Below are positions 61,295-64,000 of a stretch of DNA of 64,000 nucleotides, piece after piece; within the stretch, counting starts at the first letter, position 1; every line of letters starts with the position of its first letter. The notes under the pieces are model-generated. The model had not been told where the DNA came from. It saw nothing but the letters and a program-made list of their open reading frames with translations, and ran no database searches. This DNA is from Alphaproteobacteria bacterium. GTDB lineage: Bacteria > Pseudomonadota > Alphaproteobacteria > UBA8366 > CAVOAK01. The translations under genes were made by a program, and so were the position numbers. The stretch covers positions 65,522-129,521 of the forward strand of contig CBDCIT010000047.1 in assembly GCA_965217615.1 (NCBI GenBank), given 5' to 3'.

Positions 61295-63094
61295 ATGACC
61301 GCTGAGTCCACAGTTCTTCCCTACCGCGTTCTCGCGCGCAAATATCGTCCCGGCACCTTCGAGGATGTGATTGGGCAGCAGGCGCTGATTCGCACGCTGA
61401 CCAACGCAATCGCCGCCGGCCGCATTGCGCACGCCTTCATGTTGACAGGGGTGCGCGGCGTCGGAAAGACAACAACTGCGCGCCTCATTGCGCGAGCGCT
61501 AAATTGCATTGGACCCGACGGCGACGGCGGTCCGACCATCAAGCCATGCGGCGTTTGTGAACAATGCCGGGCAATCGCGGAAGATCGACATGTCGACGTC
61601 ATTGAGATGGATGCGGCAAGCCGCACCGGCGTTGATGACATTCGCGAGTTGATAGAGGGCGTCCGCTACCACCCGGTAGCGGCGCGCAACAAGGTCTACA
61701 TCATCGATGAAGTGCATATGCTTTCCAAGCCGGCCTTCAATGCGCTGCTGAAAACGCTGGAGGAGCCTCCGGAACACGTGCATTTCGTGTTCGCGACGAC
61801 CGAGGCGCGCAAAGTGCCGGTGACGGTGCTCTCGCGTTGCCAGAGGTTCGATCTGCGGCGCGTGAGCGGTGAAGAGCTGACGCAATATTTCCAGGAGATC
61901 GCTGAAAAAGAGTCGGTCAAGATCGATGAAGAGGCGTTGGCGCTAATATCCCATGCGGCCGACGGTTCTGTGCGGGACGGGCTGTCGCTACTCGATCAAG
62001 CCATCACCCTCGGTGATGGTTCGATATCCTCCGCGCTCGTCCGCGATATGTTGGGATTGGCCGACCGCACGCAGATCTTCGATCTGTTTGATCATGTGAT
62101 TGCGGGACGCATCGCCGATGCGCTCGATCAGTTCGCGCTCATGTATCGTGATGGTGTGGATCCGGTGACGGTCATGCAGGACCTGCTTGAGCTTACGCAC
62201 TGGCTGACGCGCCTCAGCATTGTGCCGGATGTCGCCAAGGCTCCCGGAACGCCGGAAGCTGAGCGGACCCGCGGTCTGGAGATGGCAAAGGCGCTGTCGA
62301 TATCGGTATTGAGTCGCGTCTGGCAGATGCTGTTGAAAGGACTGGGCGAAGTACAGACCGCGCCGTCGCCGCGGCAGGCGGGCGAAATGGTTTTGATCCG
62401 GCTCGCCTATGTAGCTGAATTACCGACGCCTGCGGAGCTCATTGCGGAGTCGCGCGCGGCAGGCGAACGCGACGTGGTCGCTGATAAAGGGGATCTTTTT
62501 GCGGCAGTAGATGAACCACCGACTGCTGCAACGCCACAGGCGGAATCCGTACAATCGGCAAGTAGCGGCCCGCAGGCTGCGCTTGCCATGCCGCTGCACG
62601 ATCCTGCAGCGGATGCCGTTGATCCTGTAGTCACCGAACCAGGGCAGAGTCCACCGACCGGCTCGCTCGAAAGTTTTGAGGATGTCGTTGCGCTGTTCTC
62701 GGAGCATCGCGAAGTGTTGCTGCGGGCGCAGCTTCATAACAACGTTCACCTCGTGCGGTTCGAGCCGGGGCGGTTGGAACTACGGCCCGACGAGCACGCT
62801 CAGCCGAACCTTGCCAATCGCGTGTCATCCCTCCTATCGGAATGGACTGATAGCCGCTGGGTCGTGACGATTTCGGCGGAGCAGGGCGCGCCGACGCTAG
62901 CAGAACAGGAGAAGCTCGCCGATCAAGAGCGTTGGGATGCGGCGACTCGCCACCCGATGGTCCAAGCGGTGACTGATGCGTTTCCGGGAGCGAAGATTAC
63001 CTGTGTTACAGGATTGGCAGATGCCGCCAAAGGTTCCACGGTGGATGAGCCTGCGTCGGACGGCCGGGTCGGTGACCAAGAGGGGGATAGATGA
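61295..63094 (+). CDS. dnaX: DNA polymerase III subunit gamma/tau
   Basis: LARKYRP, GVGKTT, DAAS, IDEVHML, SRC. Confidence 0.97.
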   Translation: MTAESTVLPYRVLARKYRPGTFEDVIGQQALIRTLTNAIAAGRIAHAFMLTGVRGVGKTTTARLIARALNCIGPDGDGGPTIKPCGVCEQCRAIAEDRHVDVIEMDAASRTGVDDIRELIEGVRYHPVAARNKVYIIDEVHMLSKPAFNALLKTLEEPPEHVHFVFATTEARKVPVTVLSRCQRFDLRRVSGEELTQYFQEIAEKESVKIDEEALALISHAADGSVRDGLSLLDQAITLGDGSISSALVRDMLGLADRTQIFDLFDHVIAGRIADALDQFALMYRDGVDPVTVMQDLLELTHWLTRLSIVPDVAKAPGTPEAERTRGLEMAKALSISVLSRVWQMLLKGLGEVQTAPSPRQAGEMVLIRLAYVAELPTPAELIAESRAAGERDVVADKGDLFAAVDEPPTAATPQAESVQSASSGPQAALAMPLHDPAADAVDPVVTEPGQSPPTGSLESFEDVVALFSEHREVLLRAQLHNNVHLVRFEPGRLELRPDEHAQPNLANRVSSLLSEWTDSRWVVTISAEQGAPTLAEQEKLADQERWDAATRHPMVQAVTDAFPGAKITCVTGLADAAKGSTVDEPASDGRVGDQEGDR

Positions 63095-63414
63095 AAAATC
63101 TCGGCCAGATGATGAAGCAGGCGCAAGAGATGCAGGAGAAGATGGCGGAATTGCAAGAGCGCCTGGCAAAAATTGAGGTTATTGGGCAGTCCGGCGGTGG
63201 CATGGTGACGGTTACACTCAACGGTAAGAGCGAAATGCGCCGGGTCGCACTCGATCCTTCGCTAGACCCCAAATCGGACGGGGAGATGCTCGAAGACCTG
63301 ATTGTCGCTGCACATAACGATGCCAAATCCAAACTCGAGACGCGGCTGCAGGAGGAAACCGCAAAGCTGATGGGTGGGTTGCAGTTGCCGCCGGGTATGA
63401 AGCTGCCATTCTAG
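63091..63414 (+). CDS. ybaB: YbaB/EbfC nucleoid-associated protein
   Basis: MMKQAQEMQ, SGGGMV, LEDLIVAA; dnaX-ybaB-recR synteny. Confidence 0.94.
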   Translation: MKNLGQMMKQAQEMQEKMAELQERLAKIEVIGQSGGGMVTVTLNGKSEMRRVALDPSLDPKSDGEMLEDLIVAAHNDAKSKLETRLQEETAKLMGGLQLPPGMKLPF

Positions 63415-63441
63415 CGAACAGAGAATTCTGATAGATCCCGA

Positions 63442-64000
63442 ATGGCGGACATAGATCGCTTGATTCAATTGCTGGCGCGGTTGCCAGGACTCGGCCCGAG
63501 ATCGGCGCGGCGTGCCGCTCTTACCTTGCTTAAGAAACGAGAGAGCTTCATGGAACCGTTGGCTCAGGCGTTGGCAAGCGCGGCGAGTTCTATCAAGGCC
63601 TGCTCGCGCTGCGGCAATCTGGATGATGTTGATCCCTGCAATATCTGCAGGGACGAAAAACGCGATGACTCGGTGATTTGCATCGTTGAGGATGTCGCCG
63701 ACCTGTGGGCGCTAGAACGAACAGGATCATTCAAGGGGCGCTATCATGTGCTTGGCGGAACGTTGTCGGCCCTCGACGACGTCGGTCCGGAAGACCTCAA
63801 CATTGGCACGCTTGTCGATCGCGTTAATGCGGGTGGTGTCGGCGAGGTGATCCTAGCGACCAACGTCACTGTCGATGGCCAGACGACAGCGCACTACATC
63901 GTCGACCGGTTGGCATCGAGCGGCGTTAAGATTACGCGCCTCGCCCACGGTGTTCCGGTCGGCGGGGAGCTCGAATATCTCGACGATGGCACGCTGACGA
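63442..64000 (+). CDS. recR: Recombination mediator RecR (runs off window)
   Basis: Manual translation [25 protein letters not shown]4 zinc finger, [18 protein letters not shown]. Confidence 0.95.
   Translation, partial: MADIDRLIQLLARLPGLGPRSARRAALTLLKKRESFMEPLAQALASAASSIKACSRCGNLDDVDPCNICRDEKRDDSVICIVEDVADLWALERTGSFKGRYHVLGGTLSALDDVGPEDLNIGTLVDRVNAGGVGEVILATNVTVDGQTTAHYIVDRLASSGVKITRLAHGVPVGGELEYLDDGTLT

Noticed and set aside
1..64000. CRISPR array, prophage or rRNA
   Set aside because: No regularly spaced repeats, cas genes, phage structural genes or rRNA-like sequence were seen.

Overview
Alphaproteobacterial (Rhodospirillales-like) chromosomal segment. About 4-37 kb is a membrane-lipid supercluster. 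It interleaves hopanoid genes (hpnC, hpnB, hpnD, shc, hpnG, hpnH, hpnA, hpnN, hpnL-like, hpnM, mlaA, plus MEP genes ispH and ispG) with a complete 2-aminoethylphosphonate pathway. That pathway comprises a pepM-cytidylyltransferase fusion, ppd, an AEP transaminase, a second cytidylyltransferase, a PhnY-like dioxygenase and three CDP-alcohol phosphotransferases. The best candidate for a new system is a (hydroxy)aminoethylphosphonate-decorated hopanoid, or a co-exported phosphonolipid; this is inference from gene context only. The cluster carries four mobile insertions: two apparently identical IS1202-type elements with long target duplications, an IS5 truncating hpnD, and a nested pair of group II introns (twintron) inserted antisense in a PagL-like gene. 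37-44 kb holds small accessory genes and tRNA-Arg(ACG). 44-64 kb is mostly core genome (M17 peptidase, yejABEF, cytochrome c, kdsB, nudC, ffs, dnaX, ybaB, recR), but includes an unusual XRE-HTH/prephenate dehydratase fusion, a TetR gene with visible operators and an internally deleted hisN. All calls come from motif recognition by eye; no searches were run.
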